A model generated the notes under the pieces. That model was given only the letters and a program-made list of their open reading frames with translations, was not told where the DNA came from and searched no databases. Shown in pieces: positions 1-12,900 of a stretch of 64,000 nt of DNA (position 1 is its first letter; each line of letters begins with the position of its first letter). The position numbers were made by a program, and so were the translations under genes. Source of the DNA: Chiloscyllium plagiosum. Its lineage: Eukaryota. The DNA is taken from NCBI RefSeq assembly GCF_004010195.1, contig NC_057719.1, forward strand, positions 43,649,685 to 43,713,684. The letters run 5' to 3'.

Positions 1-867
1 ACATCCAAGATTTACAACTGGATATTTACATTACATTTAATCATGGTTATGTACTCTTAAGTATGAATACTGTGGATGCTGGAAACAAAGAAAAAATGCA
101 TCTGCAATGAAAAAGGTTAATATTTCCAAGTCTTTATCAACCTGAGACATTACTCTGGCACAGATGTTCAAGTCTCTAGATCATCTCTAGAGACCAAATG
201 TACACCCTAAGATGTGTTTTAAGACCATGCATAAATCCCAATGTGCTGACATCTGTGGGAATTGCCTGGAAAGTCTGCTCCCTAGGGTCCTCTGCAAAAA
301 TCTTCAAGTTGTCCTAACAGTTCCAAGGTATTAACTTGGGTGATCACCGAGAAAATGTTAAGACAAATTAAAACCTGGTTTAAAATTCTCAATAACTACG
401 GAACTGACCTCCTTAGATCGCTCACATTGATCCCTAAAATGACCATGCTAAGCAGACTACTCATACCGTTGTGCCATCTCACCCACTACCCTAGTCACAT
501 ACCTTGCCCATCTGTCTATTCATACAATAATTCACTTAGTTGCTCACAACTAATATTCACTCCAGGCCTTAACATTTGCCATAATGCAACTAGCACAGGT
601 AAAAAGGAATCATCTGGTCTTATGCTCATGCTACAGTGCTCTGATAGAGTTCTTCAAGGGACAATATGCTCAGCATTTCTGTAGAAGTCAGGCTGTGAAG
701 ACCTGGCAAGAAATGTGCAGTGACTCTGTGCAGAAAAGTTCAGAGTAGCAGCAATCAAGAAACATTGCTGCTCTAGGATCTAGGTCTCTGTTTCTCTCCA
801 AAGAGCAGTTCAGTATTAATATAACAAAAATTAGATACGTAACAGGTAACTTAAACCAAGCACTGAC

Positions 868-971
868 CTTTATCAACATGAACTTTTGCATTGGCTCATA
901 CCACTGAAGTAAGACAATACCAGACTGCAGCGCCCCACAGAGGTATTTATGTCCAGTATATGGATTTCGCA
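868..971 (-). CDS. MAP4K5: MAP4K5 exon (104 nt, phase 1-0): [35 protein letters not shown]
   Basis: Acceptor actgcag, donor gtcagt; contained in ORF 688..984. Confidence 0.96.
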
Positions 972-3900
972 CTGCAGTTATCAAACAGAGATCAACAGTA
1001 ACATATTAATAAGCTTTCAAAAACAAATTTATAAATGATATGAACTTGCTTTCAAATGCACTCATTAAATTTCATTTTCTTGTACCAGCCATGCAATATT
1101 CCTATATGCGGCAGTCTAATCTACTGGGCTTTTCAAGAGAAAGATATGTAGAAGTGTAGATTTGCATTACTTTTATGCTTCAAATTCCCAATTTTAGCTG
1201 CTTTGCTTTTTGGGGGGGTGGGGGGGGGGGGCATGTGAATATCAAATGAAAAAGGAAGAGCAGCAATTTTAAATGATTATTTTTGCACACTTCCCAGCAA
1301 CCAGATCATAGCAGTATTGACTAAAACATATGATATACGATCATATGAACAATAATAGAGTCGCAGTCATATCCTTATGAAAACATTTTAAATACAACTT
1401 TGTATATTTAACAACTATGTTCCAAGCAAATGGTGAAAAAGAACAGAATTTTAAAAATTGAGAATTTTACACACCAATGCAGCATTTGTGGCAGCCTTTT
1501 GTTTCTGGAATTTTTGTTGTTAAAGCAAACCTCCTGGAAACAATATACAAGGTAAATTTCAGTTACCTTTCACATTCATTTTCTAATGACATTTGTGGGT
1601 TATGGCTCATGCTACAAATCAATATCGTGAATATGTCATGAGTTCAATGACGTGTCTAGTTCTCTGATTATGCCATCCATCAACTATTTTAACTGCTTTG
1701 CCTCATCTTCCAACTAAATATTTGCAGCCATTTTAATCTTCCCTCTTTTTTCAAAAGATGCTGTTCATTGGTATAATCTTCATCAAACTTAAGATCTTAA
1801 TCCAAAGATCTGATAAAGGATCTGCTCTCCTGAAATAGTAAAATTTTGCAAGGATGCTGTCTTAAGTGCTTCATTTTGCATATATTCTCAGACATTAGTT
1901 TGGACATCACGTATCAGTGCCGGTATTCATATATGCTCTACCTGGAGTTACTTAGAAGAGAACTGCACCAAAAAAAAATATGGAATGAGGAAATGGAATA
2001 ATGAAAACATATTTTACACTGCTTCACACAAATAGTACAAATGTATTTGCTTACCTGGGTATTATCTTGTCAGGGAAACGATGTGTTTGAATATGGGATG
2101 CCAGGCCTGGTTTTCTGGCCTGTTCAAATAAGGCAACCAGATTGTGTGAATAAAGCTGAAAGGTTTTACCTGCAAATGTAAAGAAATATTAAGTCAGAAA
2201 ATGGACAACTGAAACCTATTCACAACACACTGTTTTGAACATGGACAACGATTTGCTGATAGGATGCAGTTAGTTTGGCCTATCATTATTCTCAACTACA
2301 TCCCAACATAAGGCATTACCCAAAATAAGCTTCAATTTTGGATTTTCCAAAATCATATCTGATGTATGACAAGAACGTGTCCCTTCCAAAACTTATCACA
2401 GCTAGATGATCCAAATTCTTTGCATTCATTCTCATATGCATTTTGGCTGGTGCTCTAAATTGAGCCTATTACTTCAATTTTTCTGCCTGCCATTCCAATT
2501 CAATTCTTTTATTCGTTTGCACTTCCTTTCCTTGAAACCCTCACCAGGTACTCCACAAAATTGAAATTACATGTCCCCAAAATGCAATTTTCCATTTGTC
2601 CAATTATTCTCTTTGTAACATGTTCCACATTCTTACCACTGTCTGGATAAAGAGGTTTCTCTTAAATATCAGAGATCTCTATCAGATTATTCTCGGAAAG
2701 AGAAGACACAAGATCAAAGAGTTAGCTTGTTCAACTATTTCCAGATAAGCACAACTCCAGTTCTGGCATCATTTCAAGTGCCTTTAGGGCAGAGGAATAT
2801 AGTAGTCGGAATAGGCTTTTAACCCCTTAAGCCTGATCTGCTATTTCTAAGTCTTGGCTGATTACTTACCTTGTTAGCAGCTCCTGTTGGGATCTGAAAG
2901 GAAGGGTAGGACAGAGAAATTAAAGTATTGGGAGGAGGACAGGGCAGGAGGGGAAAGTGGGGTTGGCGGGGGAGGGGGGGGGGAGGAAGGAGAGAGAGGT
3001 GGGGAGAATAGTGCAGAGAGGAAGGTGGAAGTAATAGGCTTAGTTTAGAGCACCAGCCAAAATACAAATAGAACTGGACACATGCAATTTGGATTGTGGG
3101 GCCATGGTAACACCTAATACAGGATGTTTTCATTACATCACTTTCCCATACTTTCCTCATATCTCTACACAATTTTAACACAGGATGGAGATCAGTACTG
3201 TGCACAATATGTTAGCATAGTCTGACCAAGGTCCTATATAAATTTAACACAAACTTCTCAGCTTTCCAATTCTATCATTCCAGAAGTGAGTACCAATGCT
3301 TACTTTTATGAAAAAAAGAAAATGGCAGAATTAATCAGTGTTACTACTTTTAGTGATTGGTATATCTGAACTTCTGGATCACATTTGTTCCCCTATTCAA
3401 TGTAAACAATTATTCATACACTATGTTACCTTATTCTTCATTCCAAAAAAAAAAAACTACCTCATATTTATACATATATACATCTATTCTGCAAATGTAC
3501 AATATACAGGCTGGTGCTGATGGCATTTATCTTCATTATTAACAATACCACTCTCACCTCCAAATTCCTCAGCATCCAAACTGAGCTTGGAACTCTATAT
3601 GCTCTCTATCATAAAGCTTGTTTATTTCTACCTTTAACATTGCATGCACCATCTCTCTATCAGCACATTTGTCCTGAAATCTTTGGTTATGTCTTACTTG
3701 CTTTTAGACTCAGTTATTTCAATCTTCTCCATCTCCAGTCTCTCATTCAAAAATCTGCTTGTTGCATTACATTCCAAATTACTTTGGCTCACCAAGCACC
3801 CACTTATCCGGTGATCTGCACTAATACCCAATTTCACATGTTGCCAATTTAAATTCTTTCACATTTCCAACCTCACCCAATACAACTCTTCCTACCACCC

Positions 3901-6900
3901 CTTCACAGCATTAGCACCCACAGCCACAGCAATCAGTCTTAGGGCTCTGAAATTTCCTTGTTAAACTCCACTGCATCTCAATTTTTCTTTCCTTTCTGAA
4001 AGTCACCCTGAAACTTTCCTATCTTTCCAATATCTCCTTCACCTCACCACCAAATGTTATCAGATGATGTGCATTAGAAACAAAACCAAAATGCAATTTA
4101 TGATTTAGAATTGTCTTTTTTGATTTCAGATACCAACATTAAAATTAGTTGGTATTTAGTAGCCTTTTATGCAGAAACTAATCTAATTAGAAACTCAATA
4201 AACATGAGAAAATAATAATTTGAAAATTCTAAAACTTAAGCTTTTTGAAAACCGATGTATGTTATGAAAAAAATATATTACATTTAACAGATTTGTTTTT
4301 AGGTAAAAAATAACAACACTGTTAGCTGGGTTCTTCCATAATGAAAATCACTGTTTTCGAGCCCAGAGATATTTTGCTTCAATTGGAATTACTTATGCAT
4401 GATATATTGTGTGGAACAATTGCATATTAAGACAAATCATAACTTTACATCTGTGGAGACTCTGATGCAAAAGAATAAGTACAGATGGTTCAGAATAGCT
4501 TGATCATACTCCGTGCAAAATAAATGAAATAACTTATAATCAATATGGAGCATACCTTTAAGTGACAATTCTAAAAATAACAGTGAAGCAAGAAACCAAA
4601 AGAGTATTGCTTACTCTTAGCTCCTGTGTTATACTGAATAAATCTAAGTTGTCAGCAGTGTTTAACTACAGTAAAAAGTAAATAAGGTAATCAATTGAAA
4701 AAAAACTTAAGGATAACTAAAGAGTCTGTACTGTTACTGCCCGAAACTCTGATCGGACACTATCTTTAATATTCTGTAGTGTTCACTAGTCACTCAAAAA
4801 TCATCAGCTCCTTGAGAAAGTAGTGAAGTAAACAGCTAGAATAATTAAGCTTAACAAGATTTTTGTGGCAATGCTATTAAATGGGGCTTGGCTTCTAGTG
4901 GAGGACAAGCTTGGATAACTTAGCTGACATTTTTAAGACTGTGAAGATCATCAACAATTTGATCCAAGTAAATTGTTCACTATGTCAAGGAGTTGACATT
5001 TATCAAAGAAAACTTTAGTCATAGACTAGGTTAAGAGAAATGGGCACAGCACTGGGCATTAATGTGTTTGAGAAACTATCAGACACTTCCAAAAGGACCA
5101 AGAAAGTGCAGATGGATTTGATCTGCAAGAAAAGTATTATCCATATTTAAGGAAAAACTAGCATTGAGGGTAACATTTCTGACCATAATGACCTAAGGAG
5201 GTGCAATCTCACCATGAGCTTTTGGCTAAATTCAGTTTAAAACATTCTGGAGTATGAAGCTGACATCATTAATGGTAATATAAAACTATTAAAAACTCAA
5301 CTGGCTCACTAATGCTCTTTTTGGAATCTGATCTTATTATGTAATCTGGTTTATATGCAATTTAAGATCCACACTAGTATGGTTGACTTGTGACTGCTCT
5401 CCGAAAGAGCCTTGTTATTATCAAATCATAATAAAAAGTAATTATGCCAGCCAAGATGTGGGTTTTATTCACAAAAAAAAAAGCACACAGCCAGTTAATT
5501 AAACAGCTGCCTGGCATCAGCCACTGTTCTAGACTCCTCCATCACCATTCCCACACCTATAGGACAAGACACAAAGTGGTACACAAAATCCTCAACATTG
5601 GCACAGGGGTCATATAGGCCATTTGTGACACCCGCCCACTCACAAATTATTACTGCTACGGCAAATTCAAAGGAACCATGAGGATACCAAAAGCATACAT
5701 AAGTTTAATTACTGATCGGTTTAGCAGCACTAAGCTGGCCAAGTTCTAAACCAAAGCAAGACCAGGTTTTATTATTTGCTAATGGGATCCAAACAAATGA
5801 ACTGTTTTGTCAAGCTTCTTGTATTGGAGTTGTACTCATATAAGCAAGTGAAATGTTCCACCTCACTCCTGACTTCCATAAACAATAGTGCTGTGAAAGC
5901 AGGTGAGCTGTTCACTGCAAAATATGCAATAACTTATGGGCGATGCAGACTGGGCTAGCATTTATCATCCATCCCTAGTTTTCCTCAAGTAGGAAGTGGT
6001 GAGCTGCCTTCTTGAATCACTCCCATCTGTTTGTAGGCACACCCACATTGCAGTCAGGGAAGGAGTTCCAGGGTCTTGACCCAATGGCAAAGAATGATTT
6101 CAAAGTCACGTAGCTGAGTGGCTTGGAGGAGAATTTGCAAGAGGTAATGTTCCCATGTATTGCTGCTTTTGCCCTTCCTATATTTAGCATGATTGTGGTT
6201 TTGAAGACAAATCTACACAGCCACAGGACATTGCTGCAAGGATTTCCCAAGGCACTAGGAAAAACACAATCATTTCTAGCTCTTTCAAATGACTTTTAAC
6301 CTCAATGCAAGATTAGAAATGGGGATATTTTCTGAATGTTCAGTTAAATTCACAACTTTTCAGGTAATGAAGCAGTCTATGACCCCTGTAGTCAACCCTG
6401 AAAAAAGACCTGAGTTGCCAAGCGCAGGTAACACTGCACCCACATAGGCCAGGCAAAATCCATCTCTAATAATAAGACAGCAGAAAAACCTCTCCATAAC
6501 AAGGTATGGCATTATCATTATTAAATTCCCCCAGCATCAATATCCTTTGGGGATGGAGGCAAATGTTGGGCAAGGAGAAGGGTTTGGAAGTTACTACTGG
6601 ACTAAGCTGTCGAAATAAATATTGCATCTATGAAAGCAGCTCAAGGGCTGCCTTTGCTGCAGTAAACCACAGCTCTTACCATCATCTACAAGGAGCAAGT
6701 CAGGACTGAGATGGAATATTTCATTTGCCTGGATGAATGAAACTCCAACAATGCAAGAAGTTCAACAAAGCAGCTGATCTGTTTGGATTAAACACACAGA
6801 GGGTGGTGTGTATATGGAATGAGTTGCCAAAGAGAGTTGTGGAGGCTGGTATAATTACAACATTTAAAAAGGTTTAGAGGGATATGTGCTAGGTGCTGGC

Positions 6901-9900
6901 AAATGGGACTAGATTAATTTAAGATATCTGGTCGGCATGGATGAGTTGAACCGAAGGGTCTGTTTCTGTGCTGTATATCTCTATGACTCTATGTTCTCCA
7001 ACACCAGCATTTGTGGCTACAGAGTGTTTCATGTATAAGATGCACTTCAGTAGCTTGCCAAAGCTCTGTAACAACATCAACTAAACTTGTTAGCCATAAT
7101 ACTTAAGACAGGGAAGGGCAATGAATTTGTGGGACCATCACTATTGTGAAGATCCCCTCCAATGCTCATGCTATTCTGACATGGAAATATATTATTCCTT
7201 TATTGTTGTTGAATCAGAAACCTGAAACTCCATATCTACTCCAATGTTATGGAGTACCTTCACTACACTGCTTAGTTATTCAAGGTGAAAGTTCACTCCA
7301 GGATAAAAAGGCCAAGTGAAAAATGTTGGCATTATGAACAAACCCAATACCTCAAACAAATAAAAAAAAATATTCAAACAAACTGCAAACCAAACATAGA
7401 ATCCCTACAGTGTGGAAACAGGCTATTTGGCCCAACAATTCCACACCAACTGTGAAGAGCATCCCACGAGATTGATCTCACCACTGCATAGTAAGGAAAC
7501 CTTGAAGATAATCTTATTAATACTAGAAAACTGGCATGTGCAAAGGAAATGATAATTAAAGAACTGTATCTGCAATTCACAAGTTAAATCTTTTAGAATG
7601 AAACTATTAGCTGCTAAAAATTTTCAGATAGGAGGAATAGGGCTAATATCCATTAGAATAAAGTTCAGCAATATAATAGGCATGTAATAACTAAACACAC
7701 TGACGGTAGCTTAACTTAAATCAAGCCATTTCAGGATGTAAATTTTAAAGAGTTTAAGAGGCACTAACTCTGGAAAAAGACATTGTGTTAAGCTTTTCAC
7801 AACAAAAATAGATGGTTATAAAATCCTGCAGGCAATTAACATACATAAATGGTAGAGAACTGTAATGGCATTTTTAACCCAGCCTTGTAGAAGGAATCAA
7901 ATTTTACTGAAACCTAATCCAGGGGAGTGAAAGATATAAACAAAGCCAAAAGGAATTCAGTGAGGTTGTTGATTTACCTGGGTGGGAGGATATGAGCATA
8001 TCCTCTAAGAAATTATTTTTGAGATCTAGGTTTGGTACTTTGCAAAAATGGATCTCCTTTGGGAAGAGCACAAAGTCATAAACTTGCACTTCAACATTCT
8101 ACTTAGATGTCTAAGACCATAAGGTCTAGGAGGAGAAACAGGTCAGTCATTCAGCTCATTAAATACACTCCAAATTCTTCCTCAGGCTTCCTCTGCCAAT
8201 CTGACAACCCTAATCCACAGGAAGATTAAAGCCACCCATAAAAGTGTTAGAACCTCTGGTCAAAACAAACATACTATATAAACCAAGGGTGAAAATATTT
8301 AAATTGTGCTTACCTTCTGCTCGCAGTGACCAGGTCAATTTGGACATGAAACGAAGTGATTATGGGAAAAGGAGAACACAAGAGGGTTGATTAATTTTTC
8401 AGGAATTTAAAAAGCATCTATTATGAACAGTAAAGAATAGGAGAGGACAGTTCAATGGTTATTTCAGTTTAAAATCTAATTTCAGTGCAAATGACAAAGC
8501 ACATTTTAATTGATCGTAAAGACAATATAAACTGTTCATTTTCTAAAATTATCAAGTTAAAACTTTCATCATCCTATACTATTTAATATGAGGGGTGACC
8601 TTATAAACTTATAAAATCATGAGGGGCATGGATAGGATAAATACACAAAAGTCTTTTCGTGGGGTGGGGGAGCCCAGAACTAGAGGGTATAGTTTTAGGG
8701 TGACAGGGGAAAGATATAAAAGGGACCTAAAGGGCAACTTTCTCACAGAGCGTGGTACGTGTATGGAATGAGCTGTCAGAGGAAGTGGTGGACGTTTTTA
8801 AAAGGCGTCTGGATTGGTATTTGAATAGGAAGGGTTTAGAGGGAAACAGGCCAAGTACTGGCAAATGCGACCAGATTAGTTGGAATGTCTGGTTGGCATG
8901 GACAAGTTGAACCAAATGATCTGTTTCTACGCTGTACATTTCTATGACTCTATGACAAACATCTACAAAAGACAAAATTCAAAAGGATATTTCACATTAG
9001 AATACCATAGTATATACATTAAAGCATATTTATATGATGCACCTGAAAAAAAACTGTCAAATATTGATTGGAACCATATTATAATTTATTCTAATTCATC
9101 CAAACTATAGTTGCCCATGGTTCTACATCAATAATGTACTTATTTATGAGTCTTATTCAAGGACTGATAATTAGGCAGTCTTCAAAAGTCAAGCTTATTA
9201 GTATTCTCAATTGGTAACTAATTAAGATGATGTAGGTTTGATCCATGGAATATGTGGAATTAACTAACATCACCTGCTAAAGCAGTAGAAAGAATACATG
9301 GACTTCAGAGTTGACTTTAAGAGCAGCAGTGGTTTGCTTTTGAAAACAGGTGGAAGAAACAATAGTTCTGACTTCTGTCCAGTGACTCAGGGCAGAAAAT
9401 GAAGTTTTGACATGAATGATTCACATTAGGAGTCCAGGATTTGTTGCAAAATTATCAATAATTTATTTTCAATAACGATCCTTATTCTTTGTGTTTAAAC
9501 AGTGTACTTCATCTCGGGAGTACGGTTCAAAGGGAGAAATAGACTTTCAACATCTGAATTAAATGACCACCCTTGATGAATTTTGATTCTATACAAGCTT
9601 AAACATGCACACTTTCCAAAAGACATCAATGGATAGCCATCAGCTCAGTTATTTTCCCCTCAATTACTCCAGGGAGTAAACATTTATTGCTGCCATGAAC
9701 TAGCTATAAAGAATGTAAGTGTTAGTTGTTATACCAAGCGTATTAGCACTCACTACTCTTCTGCCAGAGAGCAATTTAGAATCCCTAGTTACCCAGAAGG
9801 CAGACAAGAGTTGCACTGAGTTATATATAGTTACATGTAGGTTAGTCCAGGATGGAATGGCAGTTACGTTCCCTAAAAGAACACTAATGAACTGGATGGA

Positions 9901-12900
9901 TTTTTCTGACCATTGATAGAAGTTTCATGTTTACTGTTAGACTCTTAATTTCATACTTTTTTTACTAAATTCAAATTCCATTATGGTGGGATTCGAAACC
10001 AGGTCTCCAGAACATTATCTGGTTTCTGGATTAATAATCTAGTAATATTACTAGTTAGCCATCACTTCTCCACAGTAACCACACTACTGAGTAATTTAGA
10101 TTACTTCAACATATAAAATTCCCCCCGGTACTTGAGAACTGCAAACAGTCCATAAGGAGCTACTTTACAGCCACCAACGAAAAAACAATTGGGCTGAAAC
10201 TAGAACACAAAAGAAATTACAGGAATAAGGCCAGAAGTAAGTCAGACCTCCCTGAAGGCATCCAAAGATTTATGCATACTAAATCTATAGATTCAAATAT
10301 GAATTTTCCAAATGTATTTTTTTTTTAGAACTAGCTAGATGCTTTACACTGCTGGATTTCTTTAATACTAAAACAGTCTGTTTCCTTTCATTAGGTTATC
10401 CCTCTATTTGGTTTCTTGAATGCCCAGTTCATCCTCATCTTAGAGTAACGATTGTACTTTGTTCAGTACTGTCATACCTTATTTACATTTCTATTTCACA
10501 AATTACTGCATATGGTTCTCGAGTGTATCTAAACTTTCTCTTTTGCAAAATTCACTCCTGCTGTTTTTCACTTCTAATGTCAGAGCAACATCAGCTATAT
10601 TGTAATTTTAAAATTCTATTATATTGCAACATAGAAAGATTCAAACTCAAAATTCATCGCAGCAATTAAAATCAATTTTCAATTTGTCCATGTTCCCATG
10701 AAAACTAGAATATGGCTATTACACCTATTGACCTGCAATAAAATGAAGTAAATTTACAAAAGCAAAGTTCAACATATTAAGACTTGACTAAATGGATACA
10801 TACCTGATAAAGACATTAGAATATTATTGATAATGTACAGCCAGGTACATCGCCTAGGAAAAAGCTGGGAAAATATATTTGATTTAAACATCCATTAGAA
10901 ATATTAAAAAGTTAAGTGAAAGTCATTCAAATAAATTTGAAGAAAAGATTTGCACAGTTGTTACTCCACTTGTCAAAACAGAATCCTAGAATTCAGTGTT
11001 ATACTTCTGACAATGCTGTAATTCCAAGAAAGATATAATCTCTGTTCAAAATGCTTACTTGTTCCATTGAAGCTTCATGCAGCTCATTCAGATTTAACGT
11101 ATAAATACCGTCTTCAGTTCCAAAGATTAAATATTGGTCTAATTTAAAAGAAAAACAAAGCCAAAGTTAATATTTCATTAGAAGAAATACTGCATAACTT
11201 TTTTTGTAAATAGTTTCAGTTAAAAGCAATTTTTGTTTAAGTAGCATTACCCTTTGTGTCAGGGTGTATCCAAGATGTAGCACAACTGATCTTCAAAGGA
11301 CATCCATCAAATACTTTTGTAAAGCAGGCACCCATCTATAGGAAAGTTTTAACATTCAAAAATTTAGTTGTTAGTTTTGGAAAACAACCGAACACTTTCC
11401 AAGAAAACATTTGAGAATCAACTTGTCCCTATTTGAAAAATAACCTATGGGACAGAAGTGTTGTTCAGCATTTAAGGTGGGTTCTAGATTGAGAGTACTT
11501 AAAATATTAGTTGCTGTAAAAGAAAATATAGACACATTATACCGCTTCAACTCAATAAAATAGGTGATAGCTATTCTCTGGTTCAATTCTTTGGGGCAAT
11601 GCATTGACCAGTCAATCTGCCTCGTTTAAAATTGTGGTAGTTAACAGTTATCATTAACTGGTGCACTCTCCATGGGCTGCTGCAGAAATCACTTAATGAA
11701 GCACAATTGTTCACCTTGGAAATTCTGTGGTCATGGATTTTGTGGGTCCTTGCGTGGTTGATAAGCCTGATCGTCAAGCTACATCTCAGACCACACTAGT
11801 CAGATGTTTCCAGGGGGTGGAATTGATCCTTGGCTTCAAGATTGCTGGCACTCCTTTCTCCAGTTTAATTTTCTGTATTTGGTCTTGCTGACTGATGTTC
11901 TCAAAGATTTGCCTATCTTCATACAGGAGGTTCCTCCAAGTCAGTTTCTTTAGAATGAGTGTCTCCCATGCGTTGACATCCACGTTACATTTCTTGAGAT
12001 AAGCCTTGAGGGTGTTTTTGGAAACTTTTTTTTTTGTCTTTCTTTCATTTAAATGCCTTCCTTGAGCTGGGCAAAAATGATTTGCTTTGGCAGTCAGAAC
12101 TCAGACACCCAAAGCATATGGCTAGCCCAGCAAAGTTGATTCTGGATGATCGAGGCCTCTACACTGGTTCTATTGGCTTTCAAGGATTATATTAGTATGT
12201 CTGTCCTCCCAACTGATGTGGAGGGCCCATCTCATACTGCATTGATGATACTTTAATGGTACTGAGGTGGTGTGAGAAGACATTTTATCTTCATGGCAAT
12301 GCGCCCATCAACCACAGTCCATTTGCCAAATGATCAGCACTATTTTCTCACATGTTGTTTTCCCTACCGCTTTGGCATTTTTGTGAACTGTCCTGCCGAG
12401 TGCAAATGAAAGCTTCAACAAAATTTATCTTTCTTCAGCAATACTCAAGTTCTGTACTAGCAAATAACTATAGTTATTAGTGATGGTCATTTGTATCATC
12501 TGGCACAAATTCAAACTCAGAATTTAAATTCAAGTAACTGCTATCATCAAGGATGGTAATGTTAAAGAGTGGGAGCAAAGAAAAACAAGATGTACTAGAC
12601 CTTAGAAAAAAAATTGCATCCTTGTCTTGCCATTGTTATGGGTGAACTCAAACAGGTATTATTACTGCTTGTTGTCAGGTACCTCTTTTCATGTGGGATG
12701 ACAAAGATGTTTATATAGAGTTCAGGTGGTTCCTATTCAGCCTACAGTTATAAAGATTTTTTGTTCATTTGTGAAAAGTTGTCATTGTGTGAGATAGTGG
12801 AAGGTGCATGTATTCACTTGAATCCTCCTTCCAGACAGAAGTGGAGACAACTGGAAGAAATTAAATGGTGAAGTATGGTAGCACACAGTCAATTCATTGT

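Noticed and set aside
340..684. 114-aa plus-strand ORF
   Set aside because: Antisense intronic, non-ATG start, no recognisable motif
2819..3205. Pro-rich 128-aa ORF and G-rich tract (possible G-quadruplex)
   Set aside because: Low-complexity G/A tract within decayed repeat sequence; no splice sites or homology
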